Positions 35,730 through 49,103 are shown, counted from the first letter of the whole stretch. The stretch is 63,956 bases of DNA, filler included, from Vicugna vicugna (GCA_013265495.1; 80 parts of 79 records of this genome joined end to end with filler, not necessarily neighbours in it); one strand, 5' to 3'. A program made the numbers and translations. The notes: generated by a model from the sequence alone, not told the origin.

Positions 35730-37018
35730 CCCCTAGCATTCCATGGCACAGAGAAATTAGGAAAAAACTCAGGGGAGACTAGCTTAGGTATTACGTTAGA
35801 ACCCACGCGCTGCCGACCGTTGGTGGATCCTCCCCACGCTCAGGATTCCGGAACCATTGTCAGTGCGTGGGGGAGCTCGAGAGGCAACTCCACGAAGCTC
35901 TCTTCAGTCACAGGTGTTCCCTTTTGGGGGAAGTCCGNNNNNNNNNNNNNNNNNNNNNNNNNNNNNNNNNNNNNNNNNNNNNNNNNNNNNNNNNNNNNNN
36001 NNNNNNNNNNNNNNNNNNNNNNNNNNNNNNNNNNNNNNNNNNNNNNNNNNNNNNNNNNNNNNNNNNNNNNNNNNCCGTTAGAACCCACGCACTGCCGACC
36101 GTTGGAGGAACATCCCGACGCTCAGGATTCCGGAAACATTGTCAGTGCATGGGGGAGTTTGAGAGAAAACTCCACGCAGCTCTCTTCAGTCACAAGTGTT
36201 CCCTGTTTGGGGAAGTCCGAAAAATACCTTCCCTGAATTTGGGAAGGCATCCTCTGTCACTGGGATACCCTGCAATCACCCCAAGCATTCCCAGGCACAG
36301 AGACATTAGGAAAACCCGCAGGGGAGACGAGCTTAGGCATTCAGTTAGAACCCACGCGCTGCCGACCGTTGGTGGAACCTCCCCACGCTCAGGATTCCGG
36401 AACTATTTTCAGTGCGTGGGGGAGCTCGAGAGACAACTCCACGCAGCTCTCTTCAGTCACAGGTGTTCCCTGATCGGGGAAGTCCGACAAATACCTTCTC
36501 TGACCTCGGGGAGGCAGCCTCTGAAACTGGGATATCCTGCAAACCCCCCTAGCATTCCCTGGCACAGAGACATGAGGAAAACCCTCAGGGGAGACGAGCA
36601 CAGGCATTCCCTTAGAACCCACGCGCTGCCGACCGTTGGTNNNNNNNNNNNNNNNNNNNNNNNNNNNNNNNNNNNNNNNNNNNNNNNNNNNNNNNNNNNN
36701 NNNNNNNNNNNNNNNNNNNNNNNNNNNNNNNNNNNNNNNNNNNNNNNNNNNNNNNNNNNNNNNNNNNNNNNNNNNNNNNNNNNNNNNNNNNNNNNNNNNN
36801 NNNNNNCCCCTAGCATTCCCTGGCACAGAGACATTAGGAAAACCCTTAGGGGAGACGAGCTTAGGCATTCCGTTGGAACCCACGCACTGCCGACCGTTGG
36901 AGGAAACTCCACACGCTCATGATTCCATAAACATTTTCAGTGTTTGGGGGAGCTCGAGAGAAAAATTCACGCTGCTCTCTTGAGTCACAGGTGTTCCCTG
37001 TTTGGGGAAGTCCGAGAA
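35730..37018. repeat. Satellite family A
   Basis: ttagaacccacgc at 36078, 36345 and 36612 (267-bp period). Confidence 0.97.
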
Positions 37019-37118
37019 NNNNNNNNNNNNNNNNNNNNNNNNNNNNNNNNNNNNNNNNNNNNTTAATTAATTAANNNNNNNNNNNNNNNNNNNNNNNNNN
37101 NNNNNNNNNNNNNNNNNN

Positions 37119-37337
37119 CTCTGCCTGCGAGTATATTTCTGTTTTGTATTTATGCGTTTTTTGTTGGTTTGGCTTTGTTTTTTGATTCCACACATGAGCC
37201 ATCTCATATGGTATTTTTCTTTCTCTTTCTGGCTTACTTTACTTAGACTGATTTTCTCCTGGACCATCCATGTTGCTGAAAATGGCATTATGTTGTCAGT
37301 TTATAAGAATGACTACTATTCCATTGTATAAATATAC
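37119..37337 (-). mobile_element. LINE-1 ORF2 C-terminus / 3' UTR start
   Basis: Antisense translation MPFSATWM..EKISLSKVSQKEKEKYHM..LMCGI is the end of L1 ORF2. Confidence 0.9.
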
Positions 37338-37437
37338 NNNNNNNNNNNNNNNNNNNNNNNNNNNNNNNNNNNNNNNNNNNNTTAATTAATTAANNNNNNN
37401 NNNNNNNNNNNNNNNNNNNNNNNNNNNNNNNNNNNNN

Positions 37438-38573
37438 CTGAGGGTTTTCCTTATGTCTGTGTGCCAGGGAATGCTAGGGGCGGTTTGCAGGAAATAACAG
37501 TGACGGAGGCTGCCTCCCCAGGGTCAGGGAAGGTATTTCCCTGACTTCCCCGAACAGGGAACACCTGTGACTGAAGAGAGCTGCGTGGAGTTGTCTCTCG
37601 AGCTCCCCCACGCACTGACAATGGTTCCGGAATCCTGAGCGTGGTGAGGTTCCACCAACGGTCGGCAGCGCGTGGGTTCTAACGGGATGCCTGAGCTCGT
37701 CTCCCCTGAGGGTTTTCCTTATGTCTGTGTGCCAGGGAATGCTAGGGGGGGTTTGCAGGAAATCCCAGTGACAGAGGCTGCCTCCCCAATGTCAGGGAAG
37801 GTAGTTCTCGGACTTCCCCGGACTGGGAAAATTTGTGACTGAAGAGAGCTGCGTGGAGTTGTCTCTCGAGCTCCCCCACGCACTGACAATGGTTCCGGAA
37901 TCCTGAGCGTGGTGAGGTTCCACCAACGGTCGGCAGCGCGTGGGTTCTAACGGAATNNNNNNNNNNNNNNNNNNNNNNNNNNNNNNNNNNNNNNNNNNNN
38001 NNNNNNNNNNNNNNNNNNNNNNNNNNNNNNNNNNNNNNNNNNNNNNNNNNNNNNNNNNNNNNNNNNNNNNNNNNNNNNNNNNNNNNNNNNNNNNNNNNNN
38101 NNNNNNNNNNNNNNNNNNNNNNNNNNNNNNNNNNNNNNNNNNNNNNNNNNNNNNNNNNNNNNNNNNNNNNNNNNNNNNNNNNNNNNNNNNNNNNNNNNNN
38201 NNNNNNNNNNNNNNNNNNNNNNNNNNNNNNNNNNNNNNNNNNNNNNNNNNNNNNNNNNNNNNNNNNNNNNNNNNNNNNNNNNNNNNNNNNNNNNNNNNNN
38301 NNNNNNNNNNNNNNNNNNNNGGAAGGTATTTCCCGGACTTCCCCGAACAGGGAACAACTGTGACTGAAGAGAGCTGCGTGGAGTTGTCTATCGAGCTCCC
38401 CCACGCACTGACAATGGTTCCGGAATCATGAGCGTGTGGAGGGTCCACCAACGGTCGGCAGCGCGTGGGTTCTAACGGGATGCCTTAGCTCGTCCCCACT
38501 GAGGGTTTTCCTAATGTCTCTGCGCAATGGAATGCTAGGGGGGGGGTTTGCAGGAAATCCCAGTGACAGAGGC
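37438..38573. repeat. Satellite family A
   Basis: 268-bp period (37557 to 37825). Confidence 0.97.
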
Positions 38574-38673
38574 NNNNNNNNNNNNNNNNNNNNNNNNNNN
38601 NNNNNNNNNNNNNNNNNTTAATTAATTAANNNNNNNNNNNNNNNNNNNNNNNNNNNNNNNNNNNNNNNNNNNN

Positions 38674-39071
38674 CTTTTATAGAGGATGAAAGATTAGTTA
38701 TCCAGATGCCCACAACTCTGGAATGCATGTTTGTCAATTCGGTCATTTATGTAACATGCACGGAACACGGAATATCATGCAGATTTAATATATTCTAATT
38801 ACATATCTCTAGGTTAGAATTCATTCCAAGAGGGTTTTTCTGGGATCAAAGTTTGATTCTTGACACTGGTGATAGGAAGACAAAACCAAGTCAAAGTATA
38901 TACTTCAAAGTGCATAGGTATATGTTTGGTGGTTGTAACATAGAATGCCATGGTAAAGAATGTAAATTAATTGTGTATTGGTGAGAATTCGCTCAAAGAG
39001 TGTTTTCTGGTGCCAAATGTCCGATTTTAGAACCTGGTGATAGGAAAAACCTATGAAGTCAGGTCAGAGTA
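38674..39071. repeat. Satellite family C (reverse orientation, internal deletion near 38940)
   Basis: ggtgagaattcgctcaaagagtgttttctggtgccaaatgtccgatttt is the reverse complement of a C monomer segment. Confidence 0.88.
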
Positions 39072-39171
39072 NNNNNNNNNNNNNNNNNNNNNNNNNNNNN
39101 NNNNNNNNNNNNNNNTTAATTAATTAANNNNNNNNNNNNNNNNNNNNNNNNNNNNNNNNNNNNNNNNNNNN

Positions 39172-40406
39172 GAATTTGAAGTCGTTTAACCTACAACCAA
39201 ATATTTGGGGATACCTCTGCCCCCTGAATGTTGCAAGGACACTGTATCCACACCTTAAGCACACACACGATGTGGTGTTCTGGTATCCTGAGTGTGGGGA
39301 GGCTCCTCCAACTGACAGCAGCACCTGGGATCCAATAGAATCACTTGGTTTGACTTCCCTGAGTGTTTCCATAGGCCGGGCTGTGAACGAAAGTGTGGTT
39401 GGACACTAAACCAAAGTAATAGCGAGTGCCTCTATATGAGCAGTGGAAGTGTTTAACTACATCCCCAACCTGGGAACACCTGTGTCCCCAGAAAGAAGCG
39501 TGGACACAGTTTCCCTCCTCCAGCACACACACGGAATTGGGTTCAGATGTCTTGAGTGTGGGGAGGTTCTTCCCGCTAACAGCTGCGCCTGTGTTCTAAT
39601 ACAATACCTTAACTTGTCTTCCATGATGTATTGAAAAGGCCGGTGTGCGGGGGAAAGTTGGGATTTGGCTCTAAACCAAGTATTAGCGAGAGCTTATCCA
39701 TGGGATGTGGGTGTTTGACCTACAACCCACAACCATAGAATAACTGTGCCCCCTGAAATATGAGTGTGCTATGTTTCCCCACGNNNNNNNNNNNNNNNNN
39801 NNNNNNNNNNNNNNNNNNNNNNNNNNNNNNNNNNNNNNNNNNNNNNNNNNNNNNNNNNNNNNNNNNNNNNNNNNNNNNNNNNNNNNNNNNNNNNNNNNNN
39901 NNNNNNNNNNNNNNNNNNNNNNNNNNNNNNNNNNNNNNNNNNNNNNNNNNNNNNNNNNNNNNNNNNNNNNNNNNNNNNNNNNNNNNNNNNNNNNNNNNNN
40001 NNNNNNNNNNNNNNNNNNNNNNNNNNNNNNNNNNNNNNNNNNNNNNNNNNNNNNNNNNNNNNNNNNNNCGGAGACGTGCTCAGGTATCCTGATTGTGGGG
40101 AGGCTCCTCCAAATGACAGCAGCGCCTGGGTTCTAATAGAATCCCTTAGCTTGCCTTCCCTGATGGCATGCCTAGGCTGGAGAGTGGAGTAAAGTGGGGT
40201 TTGGGCTCTAAACCAAGTATTAGCGAGAGCTAATCCATGGGATGTGGGATTTTAACCTTCAACCCACCACCATGGAATAAATGTGCCCCCTGAAAAATGC
40301 TTTGACTGTTTCCCTACATCCAGCACACACACAAAAATGTGTTCTGCTATTCTGAGTGTGCGGAAGTTCCTCAAACTGACAGCAGCAACTGGATTCTATT
40401 AGTATC
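39172..40406. repeat. Satellite family B
   Basis: Monomer order matches 950-1407. Confidence 0.92.
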
Positions 40407-40506
40407 NNNNNNNNNNNNNNNNNNNNNNNNNNNNNNNNNNNNNNNNNNNNTTAATTAATTAANNNNNNNNNNNNNNNNNNNNNNNNNNNNNNNNNNNNNN
40501 NNNNNN

Positions 40507-40925
40507 CTAAAACTAAGTATTAGCGTGTGCATCTCCATGGGTAGTGGAGATTTTGAAACTCCAACCCACAACTTTGGAATTACTGTGACCCCTGAAAAAT
40601 GCGTGTGCTATGTTTCCGCACGCCCAGCACACACAGGAAGAAGTGTTCTAGGGTTCTGAATGTTGGGATGTTCCTCCAACAGACAGCAGCACCTGGGGTT
40701 AATAGAATCCCTTAGCTTGACATCCCTAAGTGTTTTCCTAAGCCTAGCAGTAAGCGATGGTTGGGGATGGGCTCTAAAACCAAGTATTAGCGAGTGCATC
40801 TCTGTGGGTAGTGGAGAGTTTTAAACTACTTCCCCACCTTGGAACACCTGTGCCCCATTAAGATGCATAGAATCTGTTTCCCCACTTCCAGCACACATGC
40901 GGAGACATGCTCAGGTATCCTGATT
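40507..40925. repeat. Satellite family B
   Basis: B consensus motifs. Confidence 0.9.
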
Positions 40926-41025
40926 NNNNNNNNNNNNNNNNNNNNNNNNNNNNNNNNNNNNNNNNNNNNTTAATTAATTAANNNNNNNNNNNNNNNNNNN
41001 NNNNNNNNNNNNNNNNNNNNNNNNN

Positions 41026-41801
41026 TTAGTGACCTTTCATCCACCGAAACAAGCGTATATAGACTTAGAAATACTTACTGTGACTTATAGGTTTTTCCTA
41101 TCACCAGGTTCTAAAATCGGACATTTGGCACCAGAAAACACTCTTTGAGCGANNNNNNNNNNNNNNNNNNNNNNNNNNNNNNNNNNNNNNNNNNNNNNNN
41201 NNNNNNNNNNNNNNNNNNNNNNNNNNNNNNNNNNNNNNNNNNNNNNNNNNNNNNNNNNNNNNNNNNNNNNNNNNNNNNNNNNNNNNNNNNNNNNNNNNNN
41301 NNNNNNNNNNNNNNNNNNNNNNNNNNNNNNNNNNNNNNNNNNNNNNNNNNNNNNNNNNNNNNNNNNNNNNNNNNNNNNNNNNNNNNNNNNNNNNNNNNNN
41401 NNNNNNNNNNNNNNNNNNNNNNNNNNNNNNNNNNNNNNNNNNNNNNNNNNNNNNNNNNNNNNNNNNNNNNNNNNNNNNNNNNNNNNNNNNNNNNNNNNNN
41501 NNNNNNNNNNNNNNNNNNNNNNNNNNNNNNNNNNNNNNNNNNNNNNNNNNNNNNNNNNNNNNNNNNNNNNNNNNNNNNNNNNNNNNNNNNNCAAGCTTTC
41601 CCTAACACAAGGTTCGAATTCGTGCATTTTTCACAGAAAAATTGTTCTGGAGCGATTTTCATGTACTAGGTATGTAATTTACATGAATTCTATCAACTGG
41701 GCATTCCGGGTTCCGTACATGTTACATGCATGACGGATTCGGCAATCATGTGCTTTTGACTTGTGAGCATGTGGATTATTGAACTTTCATCCACCATACA
41801 A
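41026..41801. repeat. Satellite family C
   Basis: C monomer types on both sides of a gap. Confidence 0.9.
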
Positions 41802-41901
41802 NNNNNNNNNNNNNNNNNNNNNNNNNNNNNNNNNNNNNNNNNNNNTTAATTAATTAANNNNNNNNNNNNNNNNNNNNNNNNNNNNNNNNNNNNNNNNNNN
41901 N

Positions 41902-42430
41902 TTCTATATTCTATATTCTATATTCTTCATTCCGTATTCTATATTGAATATTCTGAGTTCTATATTCTATACTCTAAATTCTATATTCAGTATTCTGTAT
42001 TCTATATTCTGTGTTCTGCATTCTATGTTCTAAATTCTATATTCATCATTCTGTATATTCATCATTCTGTATTGTATAATTTAAATTCTGTGATCTGCAT
42101 TCCATGATCTAAATTCTGGGTTCTGTATTCTGATTTCCATATTCTATATTCTGTGTTCTATATTCTATATACTGCATACTGTATTCTATATTCTAAATTA
42201 TGTATTCTGCATTCCATGTACTAAATTCTGGGTTCTATATTCTGTGTTCTATACTCTAAATTCTGTGTTCTGCATTCTGTATTCTAAATTCTATATTCAG
42301 TATTCTGCATTCTATATTCTTAATTCTGTGTTCTGATTCCATTTCTAAATTCTGGTTTCTATATTCTCTTTTATATATTCTTTAGTTTGTGTTCTTAATT
42401 CTATATACTAAATTTTATATTCTGCATTCC
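41902..42430. repeat. Satellite family E
   Basis: 7-bp periodicity; 42150-42430 closely parallels 4810-5090. Confidence 0.95.
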
Positions 42431-42530
42431 NNNNNNNNNNNNNNNNNNNNNNNNNNNNNNNNNNNNNNNNNNNNTTAATTAATTAANNNNNNNNNNNNNN
42501 NNNNNNNNNNNNNNNNNNNNNNNNNNNNNN

Positions 42531-42909
42531 TATAGAACACAGAATATAGAATATGGAAATCAGAATACAGAACCCCGAATTTAGATAATGGAATGCAGAA
42601 CACAGAATTTAGAATATACAATACAGAATGATGAATATAGAATTTAGAACACAGAATGCAGAACACAGAATACAGAATACAGAATACTGAATATAGAATT
42701 TAGAATACAGAATGTACAACACAGAATATACAAAAAACAATACGGAATGCAGAATATAGAATATAGAATATAGAATATAGAATGATGAAAACAAAATATA
42801 AAATATAGAATAGAGAATATAGAACCAAGCATTTAGAACATGGAATGAAGTACACAGAAAAAGTACACAGAATTTAGAATATACAATACAGTATACTGAA
42901 TATAGAATT
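42531..42909. repeat. Satellite family E (reverse orientation)
   Basis: 7-bp GAA periodicity. Confidence 0.95.
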
Positions 42910-43009
42910 NNNNNNNNNNNNNNNNNNNNNNNNNNNNNNNNNNNNNNNNNNNNTTAATTAATTAANNNNNNNNNNNNNNNNNNNNNNNNNNNNNNNNNNN
43001 NNNNNNNNN

Positions 43010-44053
43010 TATTTTGAATTCCGTATTCTATATTCTATATTCTGTGTTCTACATGCACTTTTCTCTATTCTATATTCTAAATACTTTGTTCTGCATTCCA
43101 TGTTCTAAATTTTGTTTTCTGTATTCTTTTTTCAATATTCTATAATCTGTTTTCTACTTTCTATTTTCTGTTTCAATATTTGNNNNNNNNNNNNNNNNNN
43201 NNNNNNNNNNNNNNNNNNNNNNNNNNNNNNNNNNNNNNNNNNNNNNNNNNNNNNNNNNNNNNNNNNNNNNNNNNNNNNNNNNNNNNNNNNNTCAATATTC
43301 TAAATTGTATATTCAGTATACTGTATTCTATATTCTAAATTCTATGTTCTTCATTCCATGTTCTAAATTCTGTGTTGTATATTCTCTATTATATATTCTA
43401 TATTTTGCATTCTTCATTCTATAGTCTTCATTCTATATTCTGCATTCCGTATTCTATATTCTTTATTATGGGTTCTACATTCTATATTCTAAATTCTATA
43501 TTCCGTATTCTATATTCGATATTCTAAATTCTGTGTTCTGGATTCCATGTTTTAAATTCTGGGTTCTGTATACTCTATTATATATAGTGTGTTCTGCATT
43601 CTATATTCTAAATCCTACATTCAGTATTCCGTATTTATATTCGAAATTCTATGTTCTGCATTCCATGTTCTAAACTCTGGCTTCTATATTCTCTATTCTA
43701 TATTCTATAGTTTGCGTACTTCATTCTATATTCTACAATCTATATTTTGCATTCCATATTCTATATTCTATATCCTGTGTTCTACATTCTATATTCTAAG
43801 TTATTTATTCAGTATTCTGTGTTCTATATTCTAAATTCTGTGTTCTAAATTCTGTATTCTAAATTCTAAATTCAGTAATCTCTATACTATATTCTAAATT
43901 GTATATTCAGTATTCTCTATTCTATATTCTAAATTCTATGTTCTGCATTCCATGTTCTAAATTCTGTGTTGTATATTCTCTATGCTATATTTTATATTTT
44001 GTATTCTCCTTTCTATATTCTACATTCTATATTCTGCATTCCGTATTCTATAT
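43010..44053. repeat. Satellite family E
   Basis: 7-bp periodicity. Confidence 0.95.
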
Positions 44054-44259
44054 NNNNNNNNNNNNNNNNNNNNNNNNNNNNNNNNNNNNNNNNNNNNTTA
44101 ATTAATTAANNNNNNNNNNNNNNNNNNNNNNNNNNNNNNNNNNNNNNNNNNNNTTTTTCTTTGATTTATATAGTAATCCATTTGTTGTTTAATATTGTAT
44201 CCTCCACAATTTACAATTTTTCCCAGGTTTTTCCTTTTAGTAAATTTCTTTTCTAACAA

Positions 44260-44800
44260 AATCCATATGTTTCTTCACAAAACAAGGAGGAAAATAATAA
44301 AATTTATTCAAAAATATGAAAGACTCAAATTTTCTAAAATTATCTTTGAAAAACCAATGAAACTGTGGGTATTATCCTCCCTGACTTAAGAACATACTAC
44401 AAAGCTACAGTAATGAAAACATCAAAAAATGGCACTAAAGAGACACGTAGAACAATGGAACAAAATGAAGTGTCCTAATATAAACCCACACACATATGGT
44501 CAATTAACCTACAATGAAGGAGGCAAGATTATACAATGGAAAAAAAGCAGTCTCTTCAACAAGTAGTTCTGGGAATAATGGAGATTACATATAAAACGGA
44601 GATGTAAGAGCACTTCCTTCTATAGTATAAAAAATAAGATAAAACATGGATTAATTTCCTAAATGAAAAACATGAAACTATACAATTTCTTACCAAGAAG
44701 AGGAGCAGAACTGCCTTTCAGATAAATCATAGCAATATTTATTTTTGATCTAACTCAATTTTTGATCTAACTCCTAAGTAGAAAAAAAAGGAAACTAACA
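44260..44800 (+). mobile_element. Decayed LINE-1 ORF2 3' region
   Basis: catactacaaagctacagtaat, caatggaaca.aat, ggaggcaaga.tatacaatgg..aaaag.cagtctcttcaacaagt. Confidence 0.88.
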
Positions 44801-44985
44801 TTAACAGTTTACAATTTTACTGAGGAAAATATAGATGTTTTACGTGATAAAGCGATTCCACTTCTTGTATGAGTGACGTGCAAAANNNNNNNNNNNNNNN
44901 NNNNNNNNNNNNNNNNNNNNNNNNNNNNNTTAATTAATTAANNNNNNNNNNNNNNNNNNNNNNNNNNNNNNNNNNNNNNNNNNNN

Positions 44986-45030
44986 GGTTTATTTATTTAT
45001 TTATTCTTAGAGGAGGTACTGGGAATTGAA
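44986..45030 (-). mobile_element. 3' end of a tRNA-derived SINE resembling the camelid Vic-1 family
   Basis: Reverse complement reads ttcaattcccagtacctcctctaagaataaataaataaataaacc (B-box remnant plus AATAA tail). Family assignment is from memory of the consensus. Confidence 0.6.
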
Positions 45031-45805
45031 AAAAATAATTAGGCATTGATGAAAGCTTCTTTGCCCTGTTTCTCTCAATTAGAGTGGAGAGGGCAGTGCC
45101 CCACTTCACCTTTGGGTCCCAGGGTGGCGATGGTGACACAGCTGTCTCTCTCCCACAATAGCTTCAAAGAGAAGAATTAAAGGGAAAGCTACCCAAGGCA
45201 AGAAGACACAGCCCTGAAGGCTCAATGCTTGGAATGAAAGTTTGCTGCCTCGAATGTTGGCACGGGATGATGCAGCAAGGGGAGAGGGATGGCGTGCATG
45301 TAACATCATCACCACTGACATGCGGAGGTCGGGGCCGACCAGGGGCAGTGTGACCGTGACAAGGGAGTCAATGTTGTAACATGAGGTGAGCCTTCCCCAC
45401 CCACCCTGTACTATCTCCTACCTCGGGACTTAGAAATAACCCTGGGCGGAGGGCCGTTTTTCAACCATTAATAGTTGTGAAAGCCACAGAGTTTAACTGG
45501 AAATTACTAGATTAATGCCTTTGCTATAAGACAGTATAGGGTTTGACATAAAAATTAGGATCAGGAATAGGAAAATACAGAAATTTATTTTTTCACACCC
45601 AATTTTGTGGTTTGAAACTATTCTACCCGTTACACATAATCTGTATCATCTTGATGGTATATTGTGTTGGAATTTTCCCAGGACCTTAGGACTTGTCTTT
45701 GCATTTTGTTTAGGTCAGTCATGCTACCACCAACCGACCACTTAAAGAAGCTCTGTTTAAATGTTTGTGCATCTCTTCTCAAAAAGCCCTTAAAGGGGAC
45801 ACCAG

Positions 45806-45864
45806 TTTTTTTTTTTAATATCTTTTATTGATTTATAATCATTTTACAATGTTGTGTCAAATTC
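45806..45864 (-). mobile_element. Young LINE-1 extreme 3' end with poly(A)
   Basis: T-run followed by ttttattgatttataatcattttacaatgttgtgtcaaattc. Confidence 0.75.
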
Positions 45865-46264
45865 NNNNNNNNNNNNNNNNNNNNNNNNNNNNNNNNNNNN
45901 NNNNNNNNTTAATTAATTAANNNNNNNNNNNNNNNNNNNNNNNNNNNNNNNNNNNNNNNNNNNNGACTGTGTGTGGACGTGCAAAGTGTTGTTCCAGGAG
46001 CTTTACATGAATTTCTGCATTTAATAATTAAAGCCCTCCTGTGAGGAATCATTTTGTTTTTAATGAATCATACATTTTATTTTGACTTTGATAGACTTCA
46101 AACCTCCGGAAAATTTACTAGAATAGTAAAATAAACGCTAAGATACAGTTCACCTCAAAGGGCACTATTTGCACTTTTGTGTCTGGCTTATTTTAGTATA
46201 AACTTTCAAGGTTCGTCCATGTTGTAGCCTCAATCAGTACATTATTCCTTTGGTTTGATAATAT

Positions 46265-47610
46265 CCTTTTTCTTTTTTCTTTTTTTCGTTTTTTGTCTAT
46301 TTAAAAATATTTTCATTGAATTCTAGTCAGTTTATAATGTTGCATCAGTTTCTTGTGTACAGCACAACACTTCATTGATAGAGGAACATACCTGTATTCA
46401 TTTTCGTATTCTTTTTCAACATGTTACTATAGGGTATTAAATATATTCTCCTGTGTTATACAGTATAAACTTGCTCTTTATTCTATACATATTCAGTATC
46501 TGCAAATCTTGAACTCCGAATTTATTCCTTCCCACACCCTCTAGCCTCTGGTAACCATAGCTTGGTTTCTATGTCTCTGTGTCTGTTTCTGTTCTGTAGA
46601 TAAGTTTATCTTATTGTTTGTTTTTTGTTGTTGTTGTTGTTGTTGTTTTTAGATTCCACATATGAGCGATCTCATATGGTATTTTTCTTTCTCTTTCTGG
46701 GTTACTTCACTTAGAATGACATTCTCCAGGTCCATTNNNNNNNNNNNNNNNNNNNNNNNNNNNNNNNNNNNNNNNNNNNNNNNNNNNNNNNNNNNNNNNN
46801 NNNNNNNNNNNNNNNNNNNNNNNNNNNNNNNNNNNNNNNNNNNNNNNNNNNNNNNNNNNNNNNNNNNNNNNNNNNNNNNNNNNNNNNNNNNNNNNNNNNN
46901 NNNNNNNNNNNNNNNNNNNNNNNNNNNNNNNNNNNNNNNNNNNNNNNNNNNNNNNNNNNNNNNNNNNNNNNNNNNNNNNNNNNNNNNNNNNNNNNNNNNN
47001 NNNNNNNNNNNNNNNNNNNNNNNNNNNNNNNNNNNNNNNNNNNNNNNNNNNNNNNNNNNNNNNNNNNNNNNNNNNNNNNNNNNNNNNNNNNNNNNNNNNN
47101 NNNNNNNNNNNNNNNNNNNNNNNNNNNNNNNNNNNNNNNNNNNNNNNNNNNNNNNNNNNNNNNNNNNNNNNNNNNNNNNNNNNNNNNNNNNNNNNNNNNN
47201 NNNNNNNNNNNNNNNNNNNNNNNNNNNNNNNNNNNNNNNNNNNNNNNNNNNNNNNNNNNNNNNNNNNNNNNNNNNNNNNNNNNNNNNNNNNNNNNNNNNN
47301 NNNNNNNNNNNNNNNNNNNNNNNNNNNNNNNNNNNNNNNNNNNNNNNNNNNNNNNNNNNNNNNNNNNNNNNNNNNNNNNNNNNNNNNNNNNNNNNNNNNN
47401 NNNNNNNNNNNNNNNNNNNNNNNNNNNNNNNNNNNNNNNNNNNNNNNNNNNNNNNNNNNNNNNNNNNNNNNCTATTGCTTGACTGCTCTAGGAGAACATT
47501 CCTGAGATATATGTAAGATGTTTTGCCTATGGTTGCTTCTAAGAGGTTTACAGCATCTTGTCTAAATGTTTAAGTCTTAAAGCCATTTTGAATTTATTTT
47601 TGTGTATGCA
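46265..47610 (-). mobile_element. LINE-1 3' region, gapped; paralogous to 30521-30880
   Basis: Antisense L1 3' UTR and ORF2 end (gattccacatatgagcgatctcatatggtatt...ttcacttagaatgac). Confidence 0.9.
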
Positions 47611-47710
47611 NNNNNNNNNNNNNNNNNNNNNNNNNNNNNNNNNNNNNNNNNNNNTTAATTAATTAANNNNNNNNNNNNNNNNNNNNNNNNNNNNNNNNNN
47701 NNNNNNNNNN

Positions 47711-48804
47711 ATGACGGATTTGACAAACATGTATTCCTGAGTTGAGAGCATGTGAAACACTAATCATTCATCCTCTATAAAAGGAATGCTTTCATCTAGA
47801 CACGTGTACACATTTTCACAATCTTCCCCTAACTCCAGGTACGAATTCGTCCATTTTTCACAGAAAAATAGTTCTGGAGCGATTTCCACCTCACAGATAT
47901 GTAATTTACATGCATTTCTATAACATGGCATTCCGGCATCCGTACATGCTACATGCATGATGTATTCGGTAATCATGCGTTTCTGACTTGTGAGCATGTG
48001 GATTACTGAACTTTCATCCACCAAACCAGGCGTGTATAGACTTAGAAATATTTTCCCTGACTTCATAGGTTTTTCCTATCACCAGGTCCTAAAATCGGAC
48101 ATTTGGCACCAGAAATAACTCTTTGAGCAAATTCTCACCAATACACATATAATTTACATTGTTTACATAACCATTGCGTTCTGTATTACGAACATGTTTC
48201 ATGCATCACACATTCCTCAAACATGCATTTCTGAGTTGTGCACATGCGCATGACTGATTTTTCAACCACCAAACAAGTTAATTTTGCACAATGAAGTATT
48301 TAATTTACTTCGTAGATTCTTCCTATCATCAGTTTTAAGAATCAATCTTTAAATCCGGAAAAACACTCTTGAATCGAATTCTACACTAGAGATATGTAAT
48401 TTGAATAGATTCAATCTACATGATATTCCGTGTTCCTTACATGCTACATACATGACGGATTTGACAAACATGCATTCCTGAGTTGAGAGCATGTGGATTA
48501 CTAATCTTTCATCCTCTATAAAAGGAATATTTTCATCTAGACACGTGTACACATTTTCACAANNNNNNNNNNNNNNNNNNNNNNNNNNNNNNNNNNNNNN
48601 NNNNNNNNNNNNNNNNNNNNNNNNNNNNNNNNNNNNNNNNNNNNNNNNNNNNNNNNNNNNNNNNNNNNNNNNNNNNNNNNNNNNNNNNNNNNNNNNNNNN
48701 NNNNNNNNGATTTGGCAACGTTTCTGACTTGTGAGCATGTGGATTACAGAAATTTCACACTCCGAACAAGGCGTATATAGACTTAGAAATATTGACTCTG
48801 ACTT
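47711..48804. repeat. Satellite family C with 741-bp trimeric higher-order repeat
   Basis: Anchor at 47748, 47994, 48242 and 48489; 47711-47822 recurs nearly identically at 48452-48562. Confidence 0.95.
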
Positions 48805-49103
48805 NNNNNNNNNNNNNNNNNNNNNNNNNNNNNNNNNNNNNNNNNNNNTTAATTAATTAANNNNNNNNNNNNNNNNNNNNNNNNNNNNNNNNNNNNNNNN
48901 NNNNGCCAGGGTGCAGGCTGTGGTGCGGGCAGGGCCCTCCGTGGGCAGATGGCGTGAGTGCGGCGTGAACGGGTGCGAGACCCCCTCCTGGACTCGGCCC
49001 TGCTGTGGTGCCGCTTGGGTCTGTTCCCGGATGTGGAGGTTTCTCAACTCCCTGCCTAGCCGGGGTAGGCTGGAGCACCAGGAGCATCAGTGGCTGGCCC
49101 ACC

